DNA of 63,451 nucleotides, the filler included, from Choristocarpus tenellus KU-1152 (lineage: Eukaryota; Protista; Phaeophyceae): assembly GCA_964200185.2 (NCBI GenBank). It is 10 parts of 10 records of this genome, joined end to end, with 100 filler letters (N's around TTAATTAATTAA, not from the genome) between each part and the next. Parts side by side here need not be neighbours in the genome. Positions count along the whole stretch, not along the records: positions 3,752 to 13,298 come from CAXNAD020003589.1; positions 13,399 to 17,151 come from CAXNAD020018141.1; positions 17,252 to 30,214 come from CAXNAD020001635.1; 7 more parts are not named here. One strand, written 5' to 3'. This document shows positions 11,326 through 25,429 of the stretch, piece by piece. The first letter of the stretch is position 1. Each line of letters begins with the position of its first letter. A model generated the notes under the pieces. The model was not told the origin of the DNA. It ran no database searches and worked only from the letters and a program-made list of their open reading frames with translations. The position numbers and the translations under genes are program-made.

Positions 11326-14273
11326 AAATGTGATACGGAGTTGGAGTTAGGGCAACGATGTTAAGAAGTATATTTGTGAGGGAGCATACGATCGGTGTAT
11401 AATAAATTTTCTTTGTGAACTCTGTAGACCTTGTTTCAAGATTTTCTAACAAGACTGTGTGGAGTCGGTCAAGGTGTCATGCAAATTAAGGAGAGATGCG
11501 CAATACAATGATGGACGTTTAGAAAGGGTGTAGTAAAGGACGGGTAATTGATGTGCATGGTGGCCTCAGGGAAGAAAAACAAAAAACACCTTTCATAAAT
11601 AACTGAATTCCTGGTAATGCAATAGCTCGTGGGTTTATGATCATAGCATCAATTTTCCCTCTAATAACCTGCGCAAGTGAATATGTATAAGAATCAAAAA
11701 CTCTAATATTGGATTAAACAGATCTAGCTAATTCTATTACGTTATTTGATGAAGCTATAATCATTTCATCAGTACTCCCAAAGCCAGAGACCCTAGCTCT
11801 TGTGTTTGTTTTTGTGGTCTTTGACAATCGTTATAATCGTTTTGGAAATTGGGAGGAGAGGGGGAGAGAGCGGTCCGCATGGTGGCTTATAATTTGAAAT
11901 CCCAATCTTTGAAAAATAATGGCGACCTCATGATTTCCTTTACATGCGTCGACTTCGTGCGCGTCTAGGTGTTGGTCGGGCTGCAATAGCATGCCTAATT
12001 TTTTACGAGTCGCATATAAATGAACATGGTGTCAAAATATAGGGAATGACGACATGGACCTTCTAGTTTGGCGGAGGGTTTCTGGGTGCGATGGAATGTT
12101 CCATCGAAATAGGTTGCAGAATGATAGATGGATGTGTATATGTTCTGGACAGGAATATGGCAATTTCATGTGTGGGTGTAATTTTCCTTAAACTAATCAT
12201 GCGTTAAATGTGGGTGCCAACGGTCCAGGTGGTGTGGGGTACAATAGGGTTGAGGAATATAAGATGGGTGTGTGGTTATGTTATAACCCGCGCACTCACC
12301 TTGCCGCGTTCGGGTACATTATGGTGTTGACTATACTTCTGGAGTATTCATTATATCGATGGTTCGATGATGAAGGTGGGACAACACAGTCAGAGCTATT
12401 TGGGGATGAACAATTGCCCTATCCTACGGAAAGGCCAACGAACTTTGGTATATATAGTGATCGGTGGGTTTTACATAACATGTTGTGAATGTACGGCTGA
12501 ATGCGTTGGGGGAAAGATTGGGTGGTAAAATCCGATACAGTACCAGGTCAAACACGTGACACCAACAGGCCAAGGATAGATGTCCAACGATCATCCTTTC
12601 CCATACCCATGTTCCTACGCGGGTATGAAGTGCTTGGTTGAATAGAAACGAATTCGGAAATAGTATACAGACCTTACACTGCTAGCCTCTAAACGTTTGT
12701 AGGACGAGGATGAATCGGCGCAGATTCGAAGTGTGTGTAGGAGCATATAAGAGGGAAAATATATAGGTGAACGCCAAGGGTTGAGATTGAATGGTTGAGA
12801 TTACGCATGATGCCACGTGTTGCCATTGAAGCTACGATAGGGAGGTTGATAAGGCAAATCATTCATCATGTGCGGTAGTATCTGCTGAGAGTGGGGGATG
12901 AGATCTGTCTTTTGTGCCATTGGGTTGAATGCTCTGGATTTAGTGTGCATGCACACATTTATTCCGTTAAACTCACTTCTTGTGTGCTGCTTTTGACATC
13001 TTCAAGTCCAGCAATTGCGACGCCTTTCCGTGTTTGACCTTTGCAGGGTGGTGATGTGGGCACGTTGCAAAGCGGTCAGCGGAAACCTGTAGGGGAGGAA
13101 AAGGCACGTTTTGCGTTTAGCCACTGGTCCGGATGGATGGTTCGCCACGGGTGGGTTGATTCCGGTCTGGATGTCAATGCACCTCCTTCTCGTGTACAGA
13201 ATAGGTCAGCTGTATATTCACCTCACACTATATCGTTGTACATAAGATGCAACACTGATACAATGAGATATTCGCATACGTGTATCGTGTACAATGAANN
13301 NNNNNNNNNNNNNNNNNNNNNNNNNNNNNNNNNNNNNNNNNNTTAATTAATTAANNNNNNNNNNNNNNNNNNNNNNNNNNNNNNNNNNNNNNNNNNNNAA
13401 TCCAACAGACCCCTCCTTGCCCATCTCCCTGGTGACTCTAGCTTAAAACGCATGACTCGCCGAGATAATGCTACTTGCGTAGTTTGCATTATCCTAACAA
13501 CGTAACGTTCACGTAATACAACTCGACGTTTTAGCGATACACACAATTCATCATTTTGGACAAAATGCTTTTTACTATTAGTTCCTAATATAAATTTTTC
13601 TTCACTTTTCTGTACACATATCATTGTAACTGCTATCATGAACCCCCAATATCTCTCATACTAGTAATACAGAATATGTAATACAGAATAATATGACCCT
13701 CTTGGGTTGGGACTAATTGTACTACCTCCATCCGCGCCTTTGCTTCTTGTGTGTTAGGTTTAGTTATTCCACTAATAGTCCCTCCTTTAAAACTTGTCCT
13801 AGACCGATCTTGGCGTGGCTTCGCAGTGCACCCTTTGGTATGGTCGTTTCGGTTTTTCAATTTTGCTACGTAACAGCAAAAAGCAAAGTGTCGATAGTGC
13901 TTGCTCCGTGGACTTTGGAGCATCGAAGGTTCATACAGAATCTTGGTCCATTAACCTTTGGTCTACGAGGACTCCAAATAATGGACGTTACACACAAAAA
14001 AATGGACTCGGCCTTCCACCATTTCCGAATAACGAACATTACAGACCAAATGCTCCCAAGTGCCATCCAAGCCAACGAACGATCTTTACAGAACAAATGA
14101 ATACAAGGTATTGCTGACATGAAAATGGACATTATTAGTAAAGATATTTTCTTCACAACAAATATTACAGTCACTTCTGTAAGAATTCTATCGGTAACTG
14201 ATTCAAACCACACTATCGATCTTTTTCTTCTGTTATTTCGCCGTACCCTCACCCTCTCACTCCATACCTCATA

Positions 14274-14455
14274 GACCCAAAGTATCTGGGGGGGGGGGGG
14301 GGATCTACATGAGGGTGTCCATTTGGACCAAAATCGGGAAAAGTGCATTTGCATTATCCATCCAACGTATGGCAACCAAATCACCCAAAAATCACGATAT
14401 GAAAAAAGTTGACCCCAAATGGATAGCCGCCACCCCCTCCCAGATACTTTGACCC
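14274..14455 (+). mobile_element. MITE family A, full copy
   Basis: GACCCAAAGTATCTG(n)...CCCAGATACTTTGACCC; no TSD recognised. Confidence 0.88.
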
Positions 14456-14466
14456 TTTGACCCTAT

Positions 14467-14651
14467 GGGTCAAAGTATCTGGGGGGGGGGAGGTGTCGGC
14501 GTTCGTTTTCACCCTTTTTTCGATTTTCACTTTTTTGGTGTGTGATTTGGTCGCGCGTGTTGGATTTGAAATGTCAGCAAGAAAAATAGTTGTTTGACCG
14601 AAACGGGCGCCCCCTCACAAACCACCCCCTACATTCCATATGCTTTGACCC
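14467..14651 (+). mobile_element. MITE family C (~185 bp, related to A), full copy
   Basis: GGGTCAAAGTATCTGGGG...ATATGCTTTGACCC with perfect TSD CTAT; partial reverse copy at 30315-30390. Confidence 0.85.
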
Positions 14652-14869
14652 CTATTTATTCTGGAAGCATGACGAGGGAGAGTTATACCTACAAACCTGG
14701 TGGGGGATGACTCCAGAATAATAACCCAAGAATCGAAGCAAAAACTTAGAAGTAGACAGGACTTTTCTTTGTGTCAGCCTCTGAAAAATGACTGTATGTA
14801 GTAGCCTGCGGAGATTATGAAGAACCCACATCAATGTAGATTCCTGTGGGTACCCATTTCTAGCATTTC

Positions 14870-15160
14870 TGACTCCGCTGCACAATCAGAAGCGTACCGG
14901 TCACACCCTGTCACATAAAGATCCCCTTCTGAAGACCGTATGTGATAATCTCAAGGCAACTATGCGAAACGAAACCTCTTGTTCACAGAATCAGTTGCAA
15001 GCATGGAGGATGAGCGATTATCAAAACGTGTTTGATGTTGGGGGGGCTTGTAGATGGAAATGGGAATCAGGGTGGACATGGGAAGCACTGGTGAGCATCT
15101 CTGCAACACAGACTTGAGCAGTTTAGGACCACAGTTCAGAGTTGGCGTACAAGAGCAACA
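14870..15160 (+). mobile_element. RTE-type LINE, decayed 3' ORF fragment
   Basis: Frameshifted KRTGHTLSHKDPLLKTVCDNLKATMR / RNLLFTESVASMEDERLSKRV / GGLVDGNGNQGGHGKHW resembles the RTE C-terminal 'RRL.+AG.VARMED.RLPK.V..GEL..G...G' motif. Confidence 0.7.
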
Positions 15161-15734
15161 AATCAATACAGGCAGGGTGCATGTGCGGTTGATGAAGCCA
15201 AAAACACTATGACCGACTGGCATGCCAAAGAAGTCCCAAATAGCTGATATCCGCCACGCAAAAGCGGTAGATAAGGTAATAATCACACTCACAACTGTTC
15301 GATGAATGTTGCTTCTCTTATTTGACCATTTATGTTCTCGTTTTTGTGATATGTGATGAGTGATTATGTCTGGATGGATGGAGTGGCACGGAGATAACAT
15401 TTTCCCTGAAGATTCCTAGGACCTTGGTGATGCTGGTGATTGTCAGTGGATTTTACAGAGCAACTGGCAGCCGAACATTGTCATGGTAACGGACATTACA
15501 GAGCAAATTAGCCTTAACTTTATCCTAGATAACAGATGTCATGTGGGAAAAATATGGCCGAACGTTCAAGGGTGACACTTGCTTTGAGTATTCATATTGT
15601 CCTGATTGTGCACTATTTCCTTTAACCAGAAATGTATATTGTACTCATTGGTCATAGAAGCCTGGGCAAGAAGCACTGTACAAGAAGAAGGCACAACAAC
15701 AATGCTTCAAAAAAATACTTTTCTATGTAACACT

Positions 15735-16085
15735 AGTTGATGGTCGTGCTTTGAAGATGATCTGTCTCAGGATTCATGCTGAAGATTATGGTGGCGCATA
15801 CTTTCAGAAGAAGACCCAAGCAGGTAGGTCGTACTTGTGTGCGAAGGATGTAGTCAAACGCTTGCATTGTACTCCAGAGTATTTGCTGCAGACATCTGGT
15901 GTGTTTAAGAAGGGTGATGCAACGGCAAATATGGCTACAAAAAAGTGGCCACTTTCCAAGTACATGCGTAACACCGTCCGCTTTGCTTTGGACTGGGAAG
16001 ATCTGATGTAGGATGTCCTCCTCCTTGATACTGGTGATGGCACCAAAATGATGTGTTTCTGGTGTGTGTAAGGAAAGACTCATGC
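15735..16085 (+). pseudogene. Decayed ORF, possibly TTF-zinc-finger/hAT-related
   Basis: Near-open frame ending RFALDWEDLM*DVLLLDTGDGTKMMCFWC. Confidence 0.25.
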
Positions 16086-17827
16086 TGCCTTTAATGTTAC
16101 ACCTGATACCTCTTTTGGAGTTGAATATCTGTCTTTTCCTGTTTTTCTGGAGTCTTTGGTAATTTTCTTACACTCTTCTTTTATTTGTTTTTCTGCATGT
16201 ATTAAAAATTATTTGATCTCTTTCTCTAAACGACTTCAATCTTCAGTATCTCATTTTTGTCAGATATATCTTCTCCTTTTTTTCGGATCCGTTTTCTTAA
16301 TGTCTCTCTATCCACGATTCCAACCACTTTCCATCTCCCCTCTTTTCTACATCTCACCAATATTGAAACCATCGCATCATACATCGAACAAAATGTATTC
16401 AAAAATCAATCGATCAATCAATCAATTTTATGTGAAAACAAGAAAAGGATGCCCTCCCATCTAACAACTATACAATGTAACATTAGATATAGAAAATAAG
16501 AAACATATGAAAAAGGTGGATGTTTAGATTGATGAGGTGAGCCAAGGAGGTCCAGCAATCCGTGCAATATGAAATCCCATGGAACTTGACCTCACTATTG
16601 CTGTAGAAAATTAGAACAGTGTTTTTTTCCCGATATGATAACAGATAGCACTCATGTCGATAAGGTACATTAGTTAAACGTACACCAGGCGGTAAATGAC
16701 ATTTTTCTTGTATACGAGAAAAACATCTTTATTTTTCTTTTGACACGACCTCTGTACTAAGATTTCCCTCTCTATCCTTGTCTATCATTGACAAAACCAC
16801 AGGATAACATTTTGATATTAGCTTCCTTTATCATCACCGTCCTTTCTTTGCTGAATCCTTGCCACTTCTACGAAAACGACACACTTGGGTCAGTAAAATT
16901 TGGTTGGGGCGTTTAGATTTTTACGTGTGTGTGATCATACTCTGGACATGTCATCATGGACAAATTGAATTTTGAGCATGTTGCTGTTGTTGTGTTGAAA
17001 TTGATGAATGGGGTATTATTTCCATGTTGGTTTGCTAACTTCTGGAGACCCTCAAGAATTTCTGTCCAAGCTAGCAGTGGCCTGGGGGGGCATGTGGCTA
17101 CTTATCTGGCTCAAAGTATCTGGGAGGGGGTAGCGGCTGTCCATTTGGGGTNNNNNNNNNNNNNNNNNNNNNNNNNNNNNNNNNNNNNNNNNNNNTTAAT
17201 TAATTAANNNNNNNNNNNNNNNNNNNNNNNNNNNNNNNNNNNNNNNNNNNNCAAAAATCGCGACATAAAAAAATTGACCCCAAATGGACAGCCCCCACCC
17301 CCTCCCAGATACTTTGAGCCAAAGAACAAGGGAACCAAGTAATGATTGTAAGAAATCCAGTAGTATTAGTAGTATGGTAACATTTGTGTAAAATTGTTCT
17401 TTGCTATTAAATCACAACGAAAGATCTGTATACAGATTTGTCACTCTTATTTCACAACGTAAGATTTGTACATAAAGATAGCTAGAGGCAAATCGGCTAT
17501 CCAAAATGCCCTTCTCTCCACGAATAGGGACAAAATCAGCTATAAATGTTTAAGTGTTGAGTGATAACAACCACCATATGTACGTGCTAACCAAGGTTAT
17601 ACAATTCATTTTTTTTGCATCATTCCTCAGCATTGAGTTATTCTCAGTAGTACATGATTCATGGTACAAGGTTCCTGGATAGAAATGGCTTGTACATCTT
17701 CACCACTCCTTCGACCCTCGCATACAAATATTTGTACATATTTCTTGCCTACTGATTTGTAAATCACAAATGAGTTAAATCACTATTTGTCCCACATATG
17801 AAAAAAAAAACAAGTCCCCTACTTCTA

Positions 17828-17872
17828 CATGCATGCATGCATGCATGTATGTATGTATGTATGTATGTATGT

Positions 17873-17912
<40 letters not shown>

Positions 17913-17968
17913 ATGTATGTATGTATATGTATGTATGTGTTTGTATGTATGCGTGTATGTATGTATAT
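17828..17968. repeat. Compound microsatellite (ATGC)n(ATGT)n(GT)n(ATGT)n
   Basis: Direct reading. Confidence 0.95.
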
Positions 17969-18974
17969 TTGTGTATCATATAGTTACATATTGTATGTGA
18001 AATAATAATTGCAGCAGTAATGGAGTATGTCTGTGTTTTAAGGTTGTTTTTGATCAAGATTCTGTGCTATGGGTTGACTATATGATTTAAACAACGAATA
18101 TATAATGTACTAATTGAAATTTGTTTATTAAAAATTAATTTCTTGTAACGATCTAATGTATCTTCAATGCAATGATCTCTATTGTGCAATGTGTGTGATA
18201 TGATTCAACACAACTGCACGGTTGGGTTGCTGAAAATTGGGAGGCTTGTTGGTGAAGGTCATTCTGCTTTATGTATAGTATACCCCTGAATTGGAACTTG
18301 GTTTTGAAATGAGGTGCTGGAAGTATGCCTGCCATGGGAAAAGGAACGTGGGCAGTGACAGCTCTACTGATGATAGCCCTGGCTACACACGACTCCCAAT
18401 ATGTAAGCAGCTAGGTTCAATGTTTAAGATAGGTGTAGCCGCCTCTAGCTGATAGTTGTATCTGGTGTAAGAATCCAATTTAGTTGACACAAAACCTAAG
18501 CATACTTGAGTGTGAGGTGAACATGATCGGCAGTAAGTCAAAATGTACAAATTTTTTTATTGTTTTTTGGTGAAGTACACAAAAACATCCAGCTCAAAAA
18601 GTGTTCTGTTGAATGTAGAATAAGGACCACTGCCTACCCAGGAGGAGGAATCATTTTTTTGGGTGCTACGCTAAGGTTGCTTGGTCAGAAATTTGTGGAC
18701 TAAAACGGTGAACAGTGTTGCTCCTGCCCAAGCTGTTGCTTATGTAATTTGAAATGCCCCAATTCACTTGGCAAGAGATCGCAAGCAAAGGTTTATTTGT
18801 GTGTTTGCCTTCCCTCCACCCTGCCCTCACTTCTTGGTTATTGTCATGCACCAAGTCATCTCAATTCTCAACATTGAAGTGAGTACCACTGATAGTGGCA
18901 GTTGGCGCTGATACGCCTTTATGAAACCCCTTTTCATGGAAACCCTTTTTGGCGTTTGTTTCTTGCTGTTGCAG

Positions 18975-19338
18975 TTGTCGTGTGAAACCCATGCCTGTGC
19001 GCTTGGGGACATGTACACTTTTGGGCCAACCTTCAGGGCAGAGAATAGTCAGACATCACGGCACCTTGCTGAATTTTGGATGATTGAGCCTGAGATGGCG
19101 TTTGCTGATCTAGCTGATGGGATGGACAATGCTGTAAGTACAGTATTTTGGGTTTGACCCTGAACCTTCCCACCAACATTACCACCCAACAGTCTCATTG
19201 CACTGCCTTGAACAAAATATTTTCGGCTCGACCGCCCGAGATTTTATACCATGTACATGCTAGCTTTTTTTGATGAAATAATATGGGTTTTTTGCTGTTA
19301 TGCCACGCATGTATGTACTTGTACACATATTTCTGTGG

Positions 19339-19375
<37 letters not shown>

Positions 19376-22300
19376 TACTTCATTGTTTGAGTGTATAAAT
19401 TACATTGCTTCAACTTGACAGGAGTAAGCTCGGATTTAGTCTTGATTTAGTCTTGACAGGAGTTTATTTTTTCGTTGTCACAGGGGGTGTGGAATGTTGT
19501 CTTAACCCCCATAATATCCCAAATGCTATGTACAATGTCGTTGCACTTTATCAGCACGCCTCTCTGCCTTAAAAATATTTTTTTTTAATGTAGCGTTTTA
19601 CATCTACAACCAGATACCCACTTTCAGAGCAGTTTTGTAACTCTAGAGGTTCTGTTGTGTTCTGTACTGAGTACTTGATGTTTTCCTCCCCCGGCCTCCT
19701 ATTCCCTTGTCCCCATGGTGTACACTTGTATTGTAACATCAAACTGGTGTTGAACATGATCAGGAGGCGTTTGTTAAGCATGTGGTTTCCCATGTCATGG
19801 AGGTGTGTGCAGCTGACCTGGAGTTCTTCAACAAGTTTTATGATAAGACCCTCCTGGAGAGACTAGAAAGGATAAAGTCCCAGCCCTTTGTACGGGTGAG
19901 TCATGCCTCGCCTTCCTTCACACACACCCACCCTCCCTTGTCCTTCTTGCTTGCCTGTGGGTATCATCAATGCAGTGTGAAGTAGCATTAGATAAGACGG
20001 GGTGGGTCTCTAATGGGGACTTGTCGACTTGGTTCTTGCTGTTTTTTTATTTATTTTCCTAATAATACCTTTTCTGTTGGGGAAGAGTAAGACTAACTAT
20101 TGAGAACCTTACAATATCAATGAAGAGGTTTAGATAAGCGCTAATAAATCCTACATTGTTACGTTGAGATCAACGCAGCAGCTGTACCTGAGAATCGTGT
20201 GGAGTATATATACCCAGACAACTTCTGTGGTGTGATTGTATCCAAGGATGTGATTCCTTGTGTGCTTGGATGAGGACTCATCTATGTAGCGTGTAAGGTA
20301 CTGAGTGTGTGTTGGAGAGGAACACACACCCTGTATCTTTTCTGAAGTTGTTGTCTGTTCCAAGCACTGTACTGTAGTTAGTGTTGATGACTCCTTGTTA
20401 AAGGGTGCAAGTGAATATGCCCTCAAGTTGTGTTGAGATCATGCTGTGTCTATCCCTTGTGAGGCGAGTGGACATTCTGCATGAAGTATCAGGTACAATC
20501 CTCAGTTGATATCAATAGAATGTTGTGGCTTGTTTCTCTCTTGTTTCAGTCTTCTCGGTGACCCCCTCAGGTGTCTGGTACTCCCCCCTGACAAAAATAG
20601 GTACTGTTTCCTTGACAAAACTAGGTACTGTTTCCTTGTAGAGGTGTGTTGTGTTGTAGTGCCCCTTGTTTTTGCTAGTTGTGTGTGAGTTGTCCTTAAC
20701 TAGTCATGGTGGTTGCATTTTGTTAGGTTTGCCAGCTTACTCTCCTTCTTGCTCTGGTTGAGTGAGGGAGCGTGTTGCTTTGTGTTGTGCATGCATTGGA
20801 CATCCTTGTCTCCTTGAGTAGTTCACGCTGATTTGACAGTCTAGGAGGTTCGTTGCTGAGGAAACAATCACTAAGGTGAGGGGGCAGTGTTACGTACTTA
20901 TTAGTTGGAAAGGAAGGCAATGAGCCCAGTACCTGAGACTTGCATTGGGATCATCCTTGCTTCTGAAACCTCTATTTCTGTCCCTGGCATAAGGTTCCTC
21001 TTGGTTTTCATCCCCAAATTTTCAAGCTTTTGCAGTGCTGTAATTTGGGTGATGGGGAAAGAGATTGTTAAAGATCCCTTACGTAGTAACCCCCTGTGTT
21101 AAAGTACAATACTTGAAACTTGTATTCTTTTTGAAACCTACCCTATCGTCTTTCTGGTTCCTGTCCCCCCCCCCTCTGCATCCCCATGCCTTGGTCTCTG
21201 ATCTGAATGTAAAGATCCAATATGCTGATGCTGTGGATGCCCTGAGGGAGGAAATTGCTAAGGACCCGTCCAAGTGGGCCTACCCAGATGTCACCTTTGG
21301 GACAGACCTTCAGGCAAGTGGAGTGATTGTTTGCTGGTGAACTGTTACAACATTTTGCAGCAATTCATTGCGCAGTAACTGCATCAGCATCAATGTGTTG
21401 TATCAAAGTTTGTACTATTTGATGGGAAAAGGCAGATTGAATTGTATGCTTTCAAGGACTTTGCCCAAGTGTTGTTTTTTATAGTGATTTGTTGTGACTC
21501 TTTTGTCCATTTTGCGTATGCATTTCTTCCTCACTTCTCAGGCGGGTGTGAAGTGCTGGCAAAATTGTGTTTTACTCAGTACATTGAGCATATTTTTTCG
21601 CGTGTGTGTGGTTGTTTTTTGAAGACACTCAGAAAACTATTTCCCGTAATAGTGGTAGTGCGAAGATACTGTTGTTTGTCTGTGTTGCAATGAATGGTGT
21701 GTAAATTTTGTCAAGTTGAAGCTGTCCTTGAAGCAGAACCTGACAGTGTGAGGAGCTGTGGTCAGGGTTGCTTGTGTTTAAGGGTATATGTATGGTACAA
21801 TAATTGGTTATTGAGGCATTATGATATCAATGCACCCGGTTGAGTGCATTGATACTATTATGACCTTGAAATCTACTTTACGGTGAAGAGATAGAGAGGT
21901 GGATGGAGAATTTTTGGAAATGTTTTTCCCGGTGTCCCACCCTGGCCTTACAACGCCTTCATCTTCCCCATCAACTCCCGATTTTGTTTAATACCCATAT
22001 TAAAACCTTCCAGACAGAGCATGAGCGTTGGCTTGCAGAGGTTCGACACAATACTGCAGTGTTTGTCTACAACTACCCAAGGTCAATCAAGGCCTTCTAC
22101 ATGAGAGACAACCCTGATGGCAACACGGTTGCTGCAATGGACCTGGTTGTTCCTGGTGTTGGTGAGACCAGTGGGGGCGGGGGTGGGGCGCGGGCGGGGG
22201 GAAACTTTAGGGAGGGAGTACAGTTTCTTGGGATAGGCAGGGACACTGTAGCAAGGCGGTGGGTGGGTAATTTCCACTATAATGCTGGATTCATGCGGCA

Positions 22301-24629
22301 TTTAAATGAAATGACCCATACTTGGAGTGATGCTGATTTTTGTTTGTTTCTGAGTAATAGGTTCTTGGGCAATGAGTTGATGTAGGGTATATCTTCTCAT
22401 ATTGTTCCTTTGCCTTACCCAGGTGTTGGGCAGAGGGGTTGCAGAGGTGAGGGTGTATGTCTTCCCCCCACCACCCTGCCCCTCTCGTCCCCCCCTTCTC
22501 TCAGATGAGTTGGATAAAATACCTTTACAGTGATTTGTTGGGACTTGCAATACGTTCAAGTCATTGGTTGCATCCCTCTCCATTAGAGTATGAAGCATCA
22601 AATAAAATGTTTGCAAAGAGTTCCAGTGGTAACATACCTTGGTATCATAGAGAGAGTGATGAAGCTGAAGGAGGACCATGTGCACCTTGTAGAGTAGGTG
22701 TCCCTGGGACCATTTCAAAATTGCCGGGCATTTACAAGCACCTAGGATGCCTGATTCAATGGTGCTTTAACTTGTTGACAAGTTATGTTGCGATAATATT
22801 TATACCCTGCAGAGTACCCAGTCTGATTATGTTTGTTAAACATTAGCCCTCTATCTTCCTCCTTGTTCTCTTGTTTTCTGTCATCCATGGTGGGGTCATC
22901 ACCTGTCACGACTCTTGTGTGTCACATCCATGTTGTGCCTTGATGTGTGACCTACTCCCGCTGTGTGTAGGGGAGCTTATTGGAGGCAGTCAGCGTGAGG
23001 AACGCCTTGATGTCCTAGAGGCAAAGATGTTGGAGTTTGATCTTGATCCTAAGGATTATTGGTGGTATAGTGATCTTCGAAGGTGGGTAAGCTTGTGCTG
23101 TGGCTCCTATAGCAACCCCTTTCTCCTTCAAGTGGAATACATCCACACACCACTCCTTGAATGTATTGCCCCCCCATCCCATAGATTCATATGACTCTGT
23201 TACTGTTGCTCAACATGTTAACGCATTTTTTGTATGTATGTGCTGAAAATCTTTGGCAAAGGAGCTTCCCCCCCCCCCCACTCCCACCACTGGCGCCTAT
23301 TTTTCGTATTATTTTTTTTCAATGATTAGGAACAGAGTTTCAAATTTGGGAAGAGTTAGAAGGTGTATTTGGTCTGGTGACCGTCTTTTTTTTTATTGAA
23401 GTCTCATCAAACCCAAATTCCAATGGGTTGGTTCTGGAATTGCAGGGGTAGTGGTGTTCAATAGGAAGCCATCTAGTGCATGTTCTCATCCCTCTTGCCC
23501 CTAAGATGTGTATTTGACTAAGTCAAATAGGGTCTTGTGGGTCTGGTAATGGGAATTCAGACTGAAGCTTCCCTGTCAAGATTTCAACATGATATGTTAA
23601 TATTTTAATGTTGATATGATGTTGAAGCGGTAAATGCATTTGCATGTCAAAGTCTTTCTGTTTGATTTTTTTTTGTTTGTTGGTAATTTTGTCCTGTTGG
23701 AGGCGTCATGTGTGTAGGAGGAGATAAGAAGGCAAGGAGAGTGTTCAACCACCCATAATAGGCTTAACCCGCAGCTTGCTTGTGTGGACCCTAGAGCTGT
23801 ACTCCAGAGCCTACTACATTACATTTCAACTTTTCTTCATCAATTTACCCTGGGGACTGTCACAACCCATTGTCAGAGGCACTACACACTTGTCTCCTTC
23901 TCATACTGCCCGCTGTAGTTTAAAGTTGTTTATGAATAGTTGCACTTTGTCCATTCATGCCTTGTTTGACCCATTGGTTTCAGCTATGCCACCAACCTAC
24001 ACACCACTTGTTCCCCACCAACCTCGGCGTAGTAGTAATAGAGCCTTACCACCTCATTTTGGGTTCCCAATCGTTTTGGTACAGCAACCTACAGGGTTGT
24101 ATTGATGTACAATATGTAGTACTTGTCATGCGGAAGTTAGAAAATTGAAGTCAGATTTCCCCCACAGAAGTCTGGCGTTGGGAGGGGTTAGAACTTGCAA
24201 AATCCGTTGAGGGAATATCATCGATTAACCACCCAACAACAGGACATGTTCCCCAGTTCAATTTTATTTTTCCCATTTAGACTAATAAATTGAAGAGTGG
24301 ATGTCTGGGTCAACAATCGATGCCTCCCAGGTGAGGTTGCTTTTTGATTCAACATGGCATGCATGATACTTTCAAGACAATTTTGTCTCTTGTACTCCAA
24401 GGCAAGGTGTATCCTACCCACAACATGTTCATCCTCTCTCCCCACCACCGCCAATGCCACCAACTCCTTCCTCACACCTCTGCCACCTGCCTAACCCTGT
24501 AGGTATGGTAGTGTTCCGCATGCTGGATACGGGCTAGGCTTTGAGCGCTTGGTGTGCTACGTGACCGGAGTGGACAATATTCGTGATGCTATTGCCTTCC
24601 CCCGATCTCCAGGAAGCGCTGAGTTCTGA
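18975..24629 (+). CDS. asnS: Asparagine--tRNA ligase, 3' part (6 exons, ends at stop)
   Basis: Exons 18975-19133, 19764-19895, 21215-21313, 22014-22161, 22971-23082 and 24503-24629 join in frame. Motifs: [30 protein letters not shown] (motif 2), [66 protein letters not shown] (motif 3). The 5' exons were not found in the contig. Confidence 0.97.
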
Positions 24630-25429
24630 CATAGTTTTGATAAACAATGCATTGTTGATTAATTGATCTGATTTTTGAGCCTTAGCTTGGGGTGTACTAT
24701 ATATATATAGTCTGTCCCTTCCCCTGTCAAGCTTATTTCATTTTGCTGCTCCGGACCAGTCTTATTAGTCACTTGTTGATGTGCTATCTTGACAATTGAT
24801 TTGTGTTATGTGCTCGTAGTGCCATAATTTGTTTATCTTCTTATGTATGCGTCTTGCACACTCTCTTGAAATGATGAACCATTTTTGAAGTAGTATATAA
24901 TCTGCATGAAAATGCAGCCCCTACTCTGAACATTGTTTTTGAGGGAGTTGACTGCTGCACAGTATGATGTATGGTAACCCAGTCTGGAGGAAAAGGTGAT
25001 GGGACAAGCTTAGTAGGTATATACATGTGTCACTGCACATGGTTTATACAAGAAATTTCAGAGGCTTAAACGCGCACAGATGGAGTGTGCAAAAAATCAG
25101 AAAAATCTGCCTTAAAATGTTCAGTTTTTAGTTAATTTGTGATTTATCAGATGCGGTCAATTATAGTTGGCACTGGTTCGCAACTCTGCGAAATCCATGC
25201 TACGTTAAATGGATGAATGGTGCGGTTTGCCATTGTATAGATGGTGTTGTTTGTTACAACCTACCTTTAGACAAATCTTACAGTATTGTAACCACAATTT
25301 ATATGTAATCCATGTAATGTCATGGTACTTGCGGTTTGGCATGGTAGTTACACAATTTTAATGAATTTTTGACATTTGAACGTTAAGATATGGATGGTAC
25401 ATGATTTTCTTCAATTTCAATGCCCTCAG

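Noticed and set aside
13400-14270. Overlapping 95-172 aa ORFs; also coding-like DNA at 44500-45300
   Set aside because: No recognisable motif or consistent frame; cannot be assigned without a search.
17764-18057. ORFs with HTYI/CMYV repeats; also 61094-61684 and the ERERER ORFs at 55487-55934
   Set aside because: Translations of micro- or minisatellites.
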